A stretch of DNA of 15,121 bases from Candidatus Hodarchaeota archaeon (GTDB lineage Archaea; Asgardarchaeota; Heimdallarchaeia; Hodarchaeales; Hodarchaeaceae): assembly GCA_029856365.1 (NCBI GenBank), contig JAHQWW010000089.1, positions 1-15,121 on the forward strand, written 5' to 3'. The notes under the pieces were generated by a model. That model did no database searches. It worked only from the letters and a program-made list of their open reading frames with translations, and was not told the origin of the DNA. How positions within the stretch are numbered: the stretch's first letter is position 1; each line of letters starts with the position of its first letter. Positions 1 to 7,424 of the stretch are shown piece by piece. The position numbers were made by a program, and so were the translations under genes.

Positions 1-230
1 TATATCCCAGAAAAATAATTTACAATTATCTCCTTCAATTTCCTCATCATATTTTGAAAATTGTGCTCCTAATGTTTTAATGTAGTCCCTTTGAAAACTC
101 CCTTGAGTGTATTTTTTGATTAATGAGGTTTTCCCTACTGCTCCGTCGCCAATAAGTTCACTCTACTGAATTTTTTCAATAGATCTGTGATTTTGAAGAC
201 GAAGCCTTTTTTATCTTCATTATTTCTCAT
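1..230 (-). CDS. Ras-superfamily (Rab-like) small GTPase, 5' part only, two exons (230..185 and 155..<1) separated by a putative 29-nt BHB intron
   Basis: Translated by hand. ATG at 230-228 with a GAGTGA RBS 5 nt upstream (241..236). Joining 230..185 to 155..1 gives MRNNEDKKGFVFKITVIGDGAVGKTSLIKKYTQGSFQRDYIKTLGAQFSKYDEEIEGDNCKLFFWDI, containing G1 (GDGAVGKTS), G2 (YIKTLG) and the start of G3 (WDI). Unspliced, the ATG frame stops at TAG 137-135 after 31 aa. The P-loop frame has an upstream TAG at 165-163 and no ATG/GTG/TTG start between that stop and the P-loop. Confidence 0.92.
156..184 (-). other. Putative bulge-helix-bulge (tRNA-type) intron, 29 nt: AUCUAUUGAAAAAAUUCAGUAGAGUGAAC
   Basis: Central 4-bp helix UCAC(190-187)/GUGA(161-158). 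Two 3-nt bulges on opposite strands, AGA(186-184) and ACU(157-155). Intron stem of 9 bp, UCUAUUGAA/UUCAGUAGA, with an AAAA loop. Exon-exon helix 205-191/154-140 with 13 of 15 positions paired. Cutting after nucleotide 2 of each bulge restores the frame (ACA-G/UU-AUU = T-V-I). Confidence 0.85.
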
Positions 231-275
231 TTAAATCACTCTGTATAATTTTTTTTCCGAATAATAATACTATTG

Positions 276-287
276 CTTTAAAATTTC
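276..287 (-). promoter_or_regulatory. Possible BRE/TATA box for the GTPase gene
   Basis: Minus strand reads GAAA-TTTTAAAG about 45 nt upstream of the ATG. The region is very AT-rich, so specificity is low. Confidence 0.3.
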
Positions 288-434
288 AAAAGTATAAGAT
301 ATTATTTAATTATTTATTTTTCATCGGTCCATTTTTTTTTTTCTAATGAATCTATATATTAAATTATTCAATAATACTTAAAGAATTAACCATATTCTTC
401 ATCCTTAAATCACAAAACCTAGGAATAAGACATT

Positions 435-1268
435 TTGATTGAATCAAGCTCTCAAAAAGTTGAGTCAATATTTATCTATGAAATAATAATATTTTTATGG
501 GTCATTCTCGCACTCCTAACTCAGTTTACTTCAGATTGGGTAGTAGTGGGACAAATTGTCCTTTTCTCATATGTGCTTGCTCATTTTATCTTGAAAGATA
601 ATCAGCGATTGATTCTCCCACCACTAACTAACATTATCATTCTTTACATTATCTTTCACTTCGATCAGATGATTATGAATACTCCTGTTGTAACGATTCT
701 CACTCAGCTGACCTCACACCTTCTCGTTTTACTGTTGAAATACGGAGATTTCATTCCTTTAGTTATTTTAATCGGTTCATTTTATGTTTTTCAGTCATTA
801 GAGAAACATTCTTCGAATTCTATCACAAAAATCTTGCCTATAGCTACATTTTCACTACTTTTATCCTTCTTAATCCTTTTCAGCAGTTCCTCTCAAGATA
901 ACATAACAGTAATAGACACCACAACTTTTCAGATAGATTATATTGCTCGAATCTCCATTGTTGATTCATGTTCAGGTATTTATGGCTTAATAATCTTCTT
1001 AAGTAGTTTTTTTTTCTTTGTAAACGTTACAAGGACTAATCGGATCTTTAAGAGGAAACAGGTGATTTTATTTGGAACAATTGGTGTTATAGGTGTTTAT
1101 TTACTGAATCTACTGAGAATTTTAATTTTAATTAATCTAAGCATGTGTTTTCCCACTAATATCTGGACTGAGACACATATCTACCTTGGAGGAATCTTCA
1201 TATTATCGTATCTTGCAATATTTTGGATTATAATTTGGTTAATTCTCCCAATTCGCTCCTCAACTTAG
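435..1268 (+). CDS. Archaeosortase/exosortase-family membrane transpeptidase
   Basis: Multi-pass membrane protein with the family's Cys-Arg-His triad in the expected order and context: IVDSCSG (Cys 969-971), NLLRI (Arg 1116-1118), ETHIY (His 1176-1178). TTG start; an in-frame stop at 426-428 bounds it upstream. Confidence 0.85.
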   Translation: MIESSSQKVESIFIYEIIIFLWVILALLTQFTSDWVVVGQIVLFSYVLAHFILKDNQRLILPPLTNIIILYIIFHFDQMIMNTPVVTILTQLTSHLLVLLLKYGDFIPLVILIGSFYVFQSLEKHSSNSITKILPIATFSLLLSFLILFSSSSQDNITVIDTTTFQIDYIARISIVDSCSGIYGLIIFLSSFFFFVNVTRTNRIFKRKQVILFGTIGVIGVYLLNLLRILILINLSMCFPTNIWTETHIYLGGIFILSYLAIFWIIIWLILPIRSST

Positions 1269-1394
1269 TTGTTTCTAAAAATATATTGATTTTTGAAGAG
1301 AATAAGACTTTATAACCAAAAAGAAGTGCTAGCCTGTTTTTTATAATTAGGAAAATCCAGCTAGAAACATAAGATTTTGCGGTGAGAAGATCAA

Positions 1395-2699
1395 GTGAAA
1401 TATATTCCAATTAAAAAACTGCAGGAAACAGTCGATGAAAAGGTTCAAGTTCGTGGATGGCTTCATCATGTTCGGCACCAAGGACGTCTGATTTTTCTAG
1501 TCATTAGAGATCCTACAGGTTACGTTCAAGCAGTTGTTAAAGCAGTAACAGTTGGAGATACTGTTTTTAAAGTGGCTGAAAAGCTTACCCGAGAAACTGC
1601 AATAACTGCAGAAGGTATTGTTAAAAAAGATAAACGGGCTCCTTATATTGGTATTGAATTACAACTTACTGCAATAAATCCAGTTATTGATTATGCTTCA
1701 CCTGAATTGGAATATGAGATTCGTCCTGATTCTGGTCCTCAAGTTTTATTAGATAAAAGGCACTTAGTTCTACGGGGTGAACAGGCTTCCGATATTATGC
1801 GGTTCCGAGATTATATCACCAGAAGTTTTCGAGATTTTTTCTATGGTAGAGACTTCGTTGAAGTTACTCCTTCCACAATTGTTCAAACAGAAGTAGAAGG
1901 TGGATCAACGCTTTTTGCGTTCAAATACTTCGAACATGAAGCTTATCTCACACAATCGAGTCAGCTATATCTCGAAACAGTCTTAGCAAGTCTGGGTAAT
2001 GTGTTCTGTGTATTACCCTCTTATCGCGCTGAAAAATCACGTACAAGAAGACATCTCACTGAATACACTCATATTGAAGCAGAAATGCCTTGGTATGAAT
2101 TCGAGGACCTCTTAGAGTTTATGGAAGATATGATTGTCTTTGTATATTCGAAAGCTAAAGAAAATGTCATACTAGAAAAATTCAACCCTTCAGTAGAGAT
2201 TCCATCTAAACCATTTGAGCGAGTAACCTACGAGCAATCTATTAGTCTTTTACGAGAACATGGAATTAAAGGGGAATCTGGAGAATATTTAGAGTATGGA
2301 GATGAAATTACTGAAGGGCCTGAGAGAGCTTTAGTTGATGAAATCGGCAGTCCTACTTTCTTAACTCACTTTCCAACAGGGATGAAACCTTTTTACATGA
2401 AACTAAATCCTGAAAATCCCGAAGTCATGAATGCCGTGGACTTGTTAATACCAAATGTCGGAGAAATCATTGGTGGTTCACAGAGAGAGGATGACCTCGA
2501 AATTCTCCTACAGCGAATGAGGGAAGAAGGCCTTGACACAAAACCTTATTATTGGTACATTGATCAGCGAAAATACGGTACAGTTCCACATTCAGGATTT
2601 GGCTTAGGGTTGGAACGTCAGGTGCAAGGATTGCTGAATCTAGATCACATTCGTGACGCATGTTTATATCCTCGATTAATCAATAGAGCCACACCCTGA
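1395..2699 (+). CDS. asnS: Asparagine--tRNA ligase (class IIb)
   Basis: N-terminal OB anticodon-binding fold (VQVRGWLHHVR..GRLIFLVIRDPTG), EGGSTLF, YLTQSSQLYLE, motif 2 YRAEKSRTRRHLTEY, motif 3 PHSGFGLGLER. GTG start preceded by GGTGAG. Confidence 0.95.
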   Translation: MKYIPIKKLQETVDEKVQVRGWLHHVRHQGRLIFLVIRDPTGYVQAVVKAVTVGDTVFKVAEKLTRETAITAEGIVKKDKRAPYIGIELQLTAINPVIDYASPELEYEIRPDSGPQVLLDKRHLVLRGEQASDIMRFRDYITRSFRDFFYGRDFVEVTPSTIVQTEVEGGSTLFAFKYFEHEAYLTQSSQLYLETVLASLGNVFCVLPSYRAEKSRTRRHLTEYTHIEAEMPWYEFEDLLEFMEDMIVFVYSKAKENVILEKFNPSVEIPSKPFERVTYEQSISLLREHGIKGESGEYLEYGDEITEGPERALVDEIGSPTFLTHFPTGMKPFYMKLNPENPEVMNAVDLLIPNVGEIIGGSQREDDLEILLQRMREEGLDTKPYYWYIDQRKYGTVPHSGFGLGLERQVQGLLNLDHIRDACLYPRLINRATP

Positions 2700-2827
2700 A
2701 TTACTTTGTTTTACTCTGTGGCTCCTAAATGAGGTGTTTTCATTCTTTGGAGTTCTCCTCCATAACGAAAACAGGTCTAAAAGTAGTAGTGGTAAAAAAA
2801 GCATGTGATAGCTAGTTTAAAGCTTTT

Positions 2828-3067
2828 CTACTTACCTCGAACAATGACCATTGTAAGAGTGGACCGAACTCCATTTGCTTGACGTATTTTATTGATCACA
2901 GTATCTTTTAAACTTTTCATGTCATTTGCAGATATCTTTGCAACTAAATCATAGACACCATACACTACATGAGCTTCATCGATACTAAGCTCCTCGGTTA
3001 GGAATTTTAAAACAGCTTTTTCCTCACCGATCTCTGCGTTAATCATGACAAATGCGGTCGGACACAT
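2828..3067 (-). CDS. Stand-alone Lrp/AsnC ligand-binding (RAM) domain protein, no HTH (demi-FFRP type)
   Basis: AFVMIN..G.E..V...L, EAHVVYGVYDLVAKI and KIRQANGVRSTLTM match the Lrp/AsnC C-terminal domain. ATG at 3067 is preferred over 3094 because an AGGTGA RBS lies at 3080..3075; 79 aa. Confidence 0.88.
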   Translation of the reverse strand: MCPTAFVMINAEIGEEKAVLKFLTEELSIDEAHVVYGVYDLVAKISANDMKSLKDTVINKIRQANGVRSTLTMVIVRGK

Positions 3068-3291
3068 AGATAGATCACCTTTCGAGTATAACACTGGAAA
3101 ATGGATTTTGCTTTTGATTTAACTATATTAAAGATAGTATCCTTACAAGATTAATAAATCTTCGGCTTGTTTTAATTCTCTATGAACAACGCTTCAGCAA
3201 AGAATTTATTTATTAATGACCTAAATTTATGCATAAACATTGAAACAGGTTTTACTTCAATTGATTTATACCATTAAAGGTGAAAAAATAA

Positions 3292-4020
3292 ATGGAAATT
3301 ATTAGACATTCCGAAATTTCTGTTCGTGATCTCATTAAACAGCGTAGCGAATTCCCAGAGAAAGATAAGATGCGTAGAACTATCAATGAAGATAATATAA
3401 AACGGGTATTTAAAGCAATTTCTAAAACGGAGAGAACTGAAGCCCAAATTAGTGAGACGATTACTTGGTTGGAAAGAATATCAGAATATATCCCAATCCC
3501 AAGTGAGAAGGAATTAGAAGAGATAATTAAATTGATGATCATGTTAAGTGAGGTTCGTGCTAAGCTTAACTTTTTGTATGATAAGCCTGGTCTTAATTTG
3601 ATGAAAAGAGTTCGAGAATGTATGATCAGATATCTTATTGTTTTATCAGAAATTCGGGCCCAAAGAGAAGAATATTTTACTCATTGGTTCACTGAAGAAT
3701 CATGGATATTCGATTGGAGCCGTATCATTCTTGACCTCTCGCCATCTGACAACATGGAAAAATACACTTTCCCAGATTTAACTGTTCATGATTTCTTGTT
3801 TCTTTTAACGCTGGAATTAGCTTGTGCAGATTCTACCTCCAAACTAGATAGCCCAATGATAAGAATGCAAGCTATAAAAGGTAAATCTGGGAGTTTCATT
3901 ATTATTCCCACTGAGGCAGCAGCAAAAGAATACCAAATACAGGTTTCAAAAATCCTCAATGAAGAATTAACATTTGCAGAGTGGGTTGATCAGATGTTAA
4001 TCGCATATAAGTTACCATAA
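3292..4020 (+). CDS. Hypothetical soluble, largely alpha-helical protein (242 aa)
   Basis: Long ORF with an AGGTGA RBS upstream of ATG 3292. No family motif recognised. Confidence 0.75.
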   Translation: MEIIRHSEISVRDLIKQRSEFPEKDKMRRTINEDNIKRVFKAISKTERTEAQISETITWLERISEYIPIPSEKELEEIIKLMIMLSEVRAKLNFLYDKPGLNLMKRVRECMIRYLIVLSEIRAQREEYFTHWFTEESWIFDWSRIILDLSPSDNMEKYTFPDLTVHDFLFLLTLELACADSTSKLDSPMIRMQAIKGKSGSFIIIPTEAAAKEYQIQVSKILNEELTFAEWVDQMLIAYKLP

Positions 4021-4041
4021 ACCTGAAAATATTCACATACT

Positions 4042-4069
4042 ATTATTCGGGGGGGAATCCTCTAATAAT
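4042..4069 (+). terminator. Hairpin with GGAA (GNRA) tetraloop between convergent genes; possible terminator or 3' structure
   Basis: ATTATT-C-GGGGG-[GGAA]-TCCTC-T-AATAAT: 6-bp plus 5-bp stem (two G-U pairs, one mismatch), starting about 20 nt after the stop of 3292..4020. Confidence 0.35.
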
Positions 4070-4101
4070 TTAGAAATAAGCCTTAACACATAGAATCAAA
4101 A

Positions 4102-6798
4102 TTAATGGTCTTTCTTACCTTTTGGGGAAGTTAGGTTTGGATGCAAGCCTTTAGATCTTTCCTCAAGATATTCATCAATGACCTTTTCCCAACCAGGCCA
4201 AATTAAGGGAGTCCTCCGCATTTGTCTTGGAACATAGGTATTAATAGCATTAGCAACATTTTTGATAGATGAACGATAGCTGGGAATTATTGTACTGATA
4301 ACCGTTATCAGAAAGGCAACAGTAACCCAGAAAGCGATTAATGTCCAAGAAATATTTGTTTCAATAGGGATTGATTGACTTATGTACCAAGCCATCAATT
4401 CTCCTCCGATTACTCCATTCATAATGCCCAGAATTACCCCTGATATTCCTAAGAGAGTTGATTCTCCAAAAAAGGTCGAAATAACTTCTCTTTTAGATAA
4501 TCCTAAGGCACGCATTATACCAATTTCCCTCTCCATTTTTAGAGTTGAAATCAAAATGCAGATGAACTGAGCTAATCCCGATAAGAGGAAAGTATGAAGA
4601 AATAGCATCTGAAAAAGAGCAGTTTGTACAATCAAAGATTTTTCTATAACCTTTGTATAGTAATCAATAGAAATAACTTCTTGAAATATGTCTTGGTACT
4701 TGAACGATAGACGATCCGTAATGGTTTTAAGAGGTTCACTGCTTTGTGAAATGGACATTACAAACCATTTAGCGGTATAATTTTGCCAAAAATCTTGAAA
4801 CAACGCGTCTGAGAAGAATATGTAAAGGCCTTGATGTAAGAATGGATTACTGGCGGCAATACCAGTAATTATTACCTCGGTACTTGAATTTGATGTCACC
4901 TGGACTGTTAAATTCTCACCAATCCTCAATCCGATACGATCTCGAAGAAGATGGCTGATTATGACCCCTTTTTCTGTTTTATTCATTAATTTTGGAATAT
5001 CAGGATCAGCTGGCGCTAAGGTTGTCCCCTTAAAGAAATAATTGTAAGAATTGGGATCCATTCCAAAAACGTAACCATTTACGTTTTCAATCTTAGTTCT
5101 TTGCTGCAACAAATATGCTGCTCTTTCTATATTAGTATTATTGGACACCAACTGGTTAACAAACCGTGAGGGATATGATGTACTGACTTTAGTCTCAGCA
5201 ACAATATCAATTACTCCATAACGTTCGTTGTAGTAAGCAGGAATTGTTCCAATGACAGCTCTTGATGTGATTCCAACTACAAGAATGAATGTAAGCGCAA
5301 GAGCTGCTACCATTATTGTCACAATAGATTTTTGAAATTCTCTCCTAATATTTCTTGTAGCAATGGTTCTGGGTACTAATCTATGCCAGATCATTAGTTT
5401 CATTCCTATATTCGGTATGAAGTGTAATAGCCCTGCTTCAAGAAGTAATGTTCCAATAAAAATCGAAAAAACTACAAAGAAATGCCAAGAAATAATTTCA
5501 AAAGCTAAAAATCTGCTAGGTCCAATGTAATAGGTAGTTCCAATTCCGATAACAGTTAATAAAGCACCAAGTATTACTAGATAAATCCAATTCTTTGTGG
5601 AAGCTTTTTTCTTTCTCATTTTCCAGTGGATATTCTGAACAACGGGGAGATTTATTGCTGTAAAAATCGGGTATAAACCAGAGATCAAAGCTACAAGAAT
5701 TCCAGTAATGTAGGTTGTAATTATGGAAGTTGGCAGAAGTAATAACACTTCAATGCTTAAGGTAGGAAAATTAAGGTTCAAAAAACCTATAAGTATCACG
5801 GAAAACCCGATTCCAATCGTAATTCCAATAAGGCTCCCAAGTCCACTATAGATTAATATTTCCAGTCCAAGATAAGTAATAATTTGACGATTTGAGGTAC
5901 CAATTGCTCTTAAAACACCAAATTCTTTCGATCGTTCTCTAACATTGATTGTCAGTATATTGGTAATAAATAGAAACTCTATGGCAAATGAAGCAATAAT
6001 TATTAGATTCAATGCCGCCTGATACGATCGAATAGCTAATAATTCGTTTTCACTAATTGATTTCTCTCGATAAACATAATAATCCAAACCTAACCCCTGA
6101 GTATCTTCGATTTCTTCTGCAATGGCATTAATTTTGACAAAATCATTAACTTGAACTACTAAATGATAATTCAAATGAGAGGTATTTGAAAACCTATCAA
6201 CCAAATAGTTAATATCTAGTAGAACGAATAAATAACCTAAATAATTACCAAAGTGTGATTTATCATTCATAATTCCTGATATTCTTATATTTGAACCAAG
6301 AAAATTATACTCAGAATTCTTAGGAAGAAAATATGTTTCCCCAGGCATTATATCGATGAAATCAGAAATTGATTGCGAAATTATGGCCTCACCAGGTTCC
6401 AAGGTACGATTGCCAGAAATTAATTCAATGTTAGGAAAATCAGGATGTGTTCCTGTTTCTAATCCATATATTAAAATGTTATTGGGGATTTCCGTTGATT
6501 CTGTCAACTCCTCCATATAATTAATCGTTGCAACAAGACCTACTTTTTTTGTTCCTGGTATTGTCTTTACTAATTCAGATAAGCTCTTCATTTCTTCTAT
6601 TCTTGTTTTTTCTTTCGGATGGATGGTGATATCAGTAAAATTATCTCCTCGATGACTCTCAATGAAATCTCCATATAACGAATCAATAGTTACAGCTATT
6701 CCTGTTTCAAGCCCAACTGAAATAGCTATTCCAATTATTATCAGAAATGAGCGCCATCGATTACGTGTAACATTTCGCTTAGGAAGAGTTGTTGCCAT
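4102..6798 (-). CDS. FtsX/MacB-like (type VII) ABC transporter permease with two tandem periplasmic-core plus FtsX modules
   Basis: Two copies of the signature (ERSKEFGVLRAIGTSNRQI and EREIGIMRALGLSKREV), two RN..R....RS-type N-terminal helices (RNVTRNRWRS, RNIRREFQKS), and large extracytoplasmic loops. Confidence 0.9.
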   Translation of the reverse strand: MATTLPKRNVTRNRWRSFLIIIGIAISVGLETGIAVTIDSLYGDFIESHRGDNFTDITIHPKEKTRIEEMKSLSELVKTIPGTKKVGLVATINYMEELTESTEIPNNILIYGLETGTHPDFPNIELISGNRTLEPGEAIISQSISDFIDIMPGETYFLPKNSEYNFLGSNIRISGIMNDKSHFGNYLGYLFVLLDINYLVDRFSNTSHLNYHLVVQVNDFVKINAIAEEIEDTQGLGLDYYVYREKSISENELLAIRSYQAALNLIIIASFAIEFLFITNILTINVRERSKEFGVLRAIGTSNRQIITYLGLEILIYSGLGSLIGITIGIGFSVILIGFLNLNFPTLSIEVLLLLPTSIITTYITGILVALISGLYPIFTAINLPVVQNIHWKMRKKKASTKNWIYLVILGALLTVIGIGTTYYIGPSRFLAFEIISWHFFVVFSIFIGTLLLEAGLLHFIPNIGMKLMIWHRLVPRTIATRNIRREFQKSIVTIMVAALALTFILVVGITSRAVIGTIPAYYNERYGVIDIVAETKVSTSYPSRFVNQLVSNNTNIERAAYLLQQRTKIENVNGYVFGMDPNSYNYFFKGTTLAPADPDIPKLMNKTEKGVIISHLLRDRIGLRIGENLTVQVTSNSSTEVIITGIAASNPFLHQGLYIFFSDALFQDFWQNYTAKWFVMSISQSSEPLKTITDRLSFKYQDIFQEVISIDYYTKVIEKSLIVQTALFQMLFLHTFLLSGLAQFICILISTLKMEREIGIMRALGLSKREVISTFFGESTLLGISGVILGIMNGVIGGELMAWYISQSIPIETNISWTLIAFWVTVAFLITVISTIIPSYRSSIKNVANAINTYVPRQMRRTPLIWPGWEKVIDEYLEERSKGLHPNLTSPKGKKDH

Positions 6799-6940
6799 GA
6801 AAAACCAAGTTATTTCTCAGTAAAATAGTATATTTATCTTTCGATAGCTGAAATTCTGTTTTTTCTATTTTATTTATCACAGTAGAAAAGATTTGATCAA
6901 AATGACTGTCTACTGCGATGTTTAACATATTATAAAATTG

Positions 6941-7390
6941 CTAACTTACCATACTTGAAATCAAGAATGAAATCGCAAATAAACAGATAGCTGCCGCTAT
7001 GTATTCATAATTCTTGCCAAACTGAAAAAAACTTACATTGTACTTGAATTTTTCCTCTCTCTTTCCTGTACGATCAATGGTTGCTAAATATTGGTCTAGA
7101 CTTTTTTTAGCGGAAGTTTGAGTCAGATCACTACATCCACCAATAAGAAAATAGATACCAGCAACTATCAGGAGTGACATTCCCCAAGCTGCAGGTAATC
7201 TACTACCTGATATCAGTGAATAAACATAAGCAGCAAGAAAGGAATATAACAATCCCAGCCCAATTTTTCGCAGAAAAGCACTAAACGATAATGGTTCAAG
7301 CTGCGGGTAAATTGCAGTTTTAATCTCTGATTCCTTTTCTGTAGGAGTTTCCTTTACTTCCTGTTCATTATTTTTCTGGAATCCAGTCAT
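6941..7390 (-). CDS. Small membrane protein (about 3 TM segments), last gene of the opp cluster
   Basis: Hydrophobic segments IGLGLLYSFLAAYVYSLI, WGMSLLIVAGIYFLIGG and YIAAAICLFAISFLIS. ATG at 7390 is preferred (GGAG upstream, no overlap with oppF); the ORF track starts it at 7444. Confidence 0.75.
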   Translation of the reverse strand: MTGFQKNNEQEVKETPTEKESEIKTAIYPQLEPLSFSAFLRKIGLGLLYSFLAAYVYSLISGSRLPAAWGMSLLIVAGIYFLIGGCSDLTQTSAKKSLDQYLATIDRTGKREEKFKYNVSFFQFGKNYEYIAAAICLFAISFLISSMVS

Positions 7391-7424
7391 TACTCCAACC
7401 TGTTTGATAGTCTTAACTCCGAAT

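Noticed and set aside
156-185. Insert as a MITE/transposon footprint or terminator
   Set aside because: No target-site duplication is visible, there is no U-tract after the hairpin, and pairing extends into both exons.
135-230. GTPase as a simple frameshifted pseudogene or homopolymer sequencing error
   Set aside because: A 1-nt fix in the A6 run would still leave about 10 extra residues between beta-1 and the P-loop. Exact BHB geometry plus precise frame restoration is better explained by an intron, though this is unproven without RNA data.
332-342. T11 homopolymer (also a T-run near 1007-1015 in the sortase gene)
   Set aside because: The first is intergenic in an AT-rich region and the second keeps the frame (poly-Phe). 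No evidence for phase variation.
1-434. Possible chimeric junction or foreign origin of the AT-rich left end
   Set aside because: My hand count gives about 31% GC for 1-230, and the remainder is ordinary AT-rich intergenic DNA. No repeat or mobile-element boundary is seen. Only read mapping could settle it.
1228-1410. Short ORF-track entries opposite or inside real genes (1228..1410, 2467..2661, 3252..3542, 4382..4570, 9153..9392, 9426..9656, 9803..9985, 11132..11452, 11690..11875, 12209..12400, 12536..12730, 14171..14437, 14371..14619)
   Set aside because: Shadow or alternate-frame ORFs overlapping well-supported genes, with no recognisable motifs.
2721-2762. Imperfect hairpins between asnS and the Lrp-domain gene
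   Set aside because: Short, interrupted and mutually exclusive stems; not distinguishable from chance and not BHB-like.
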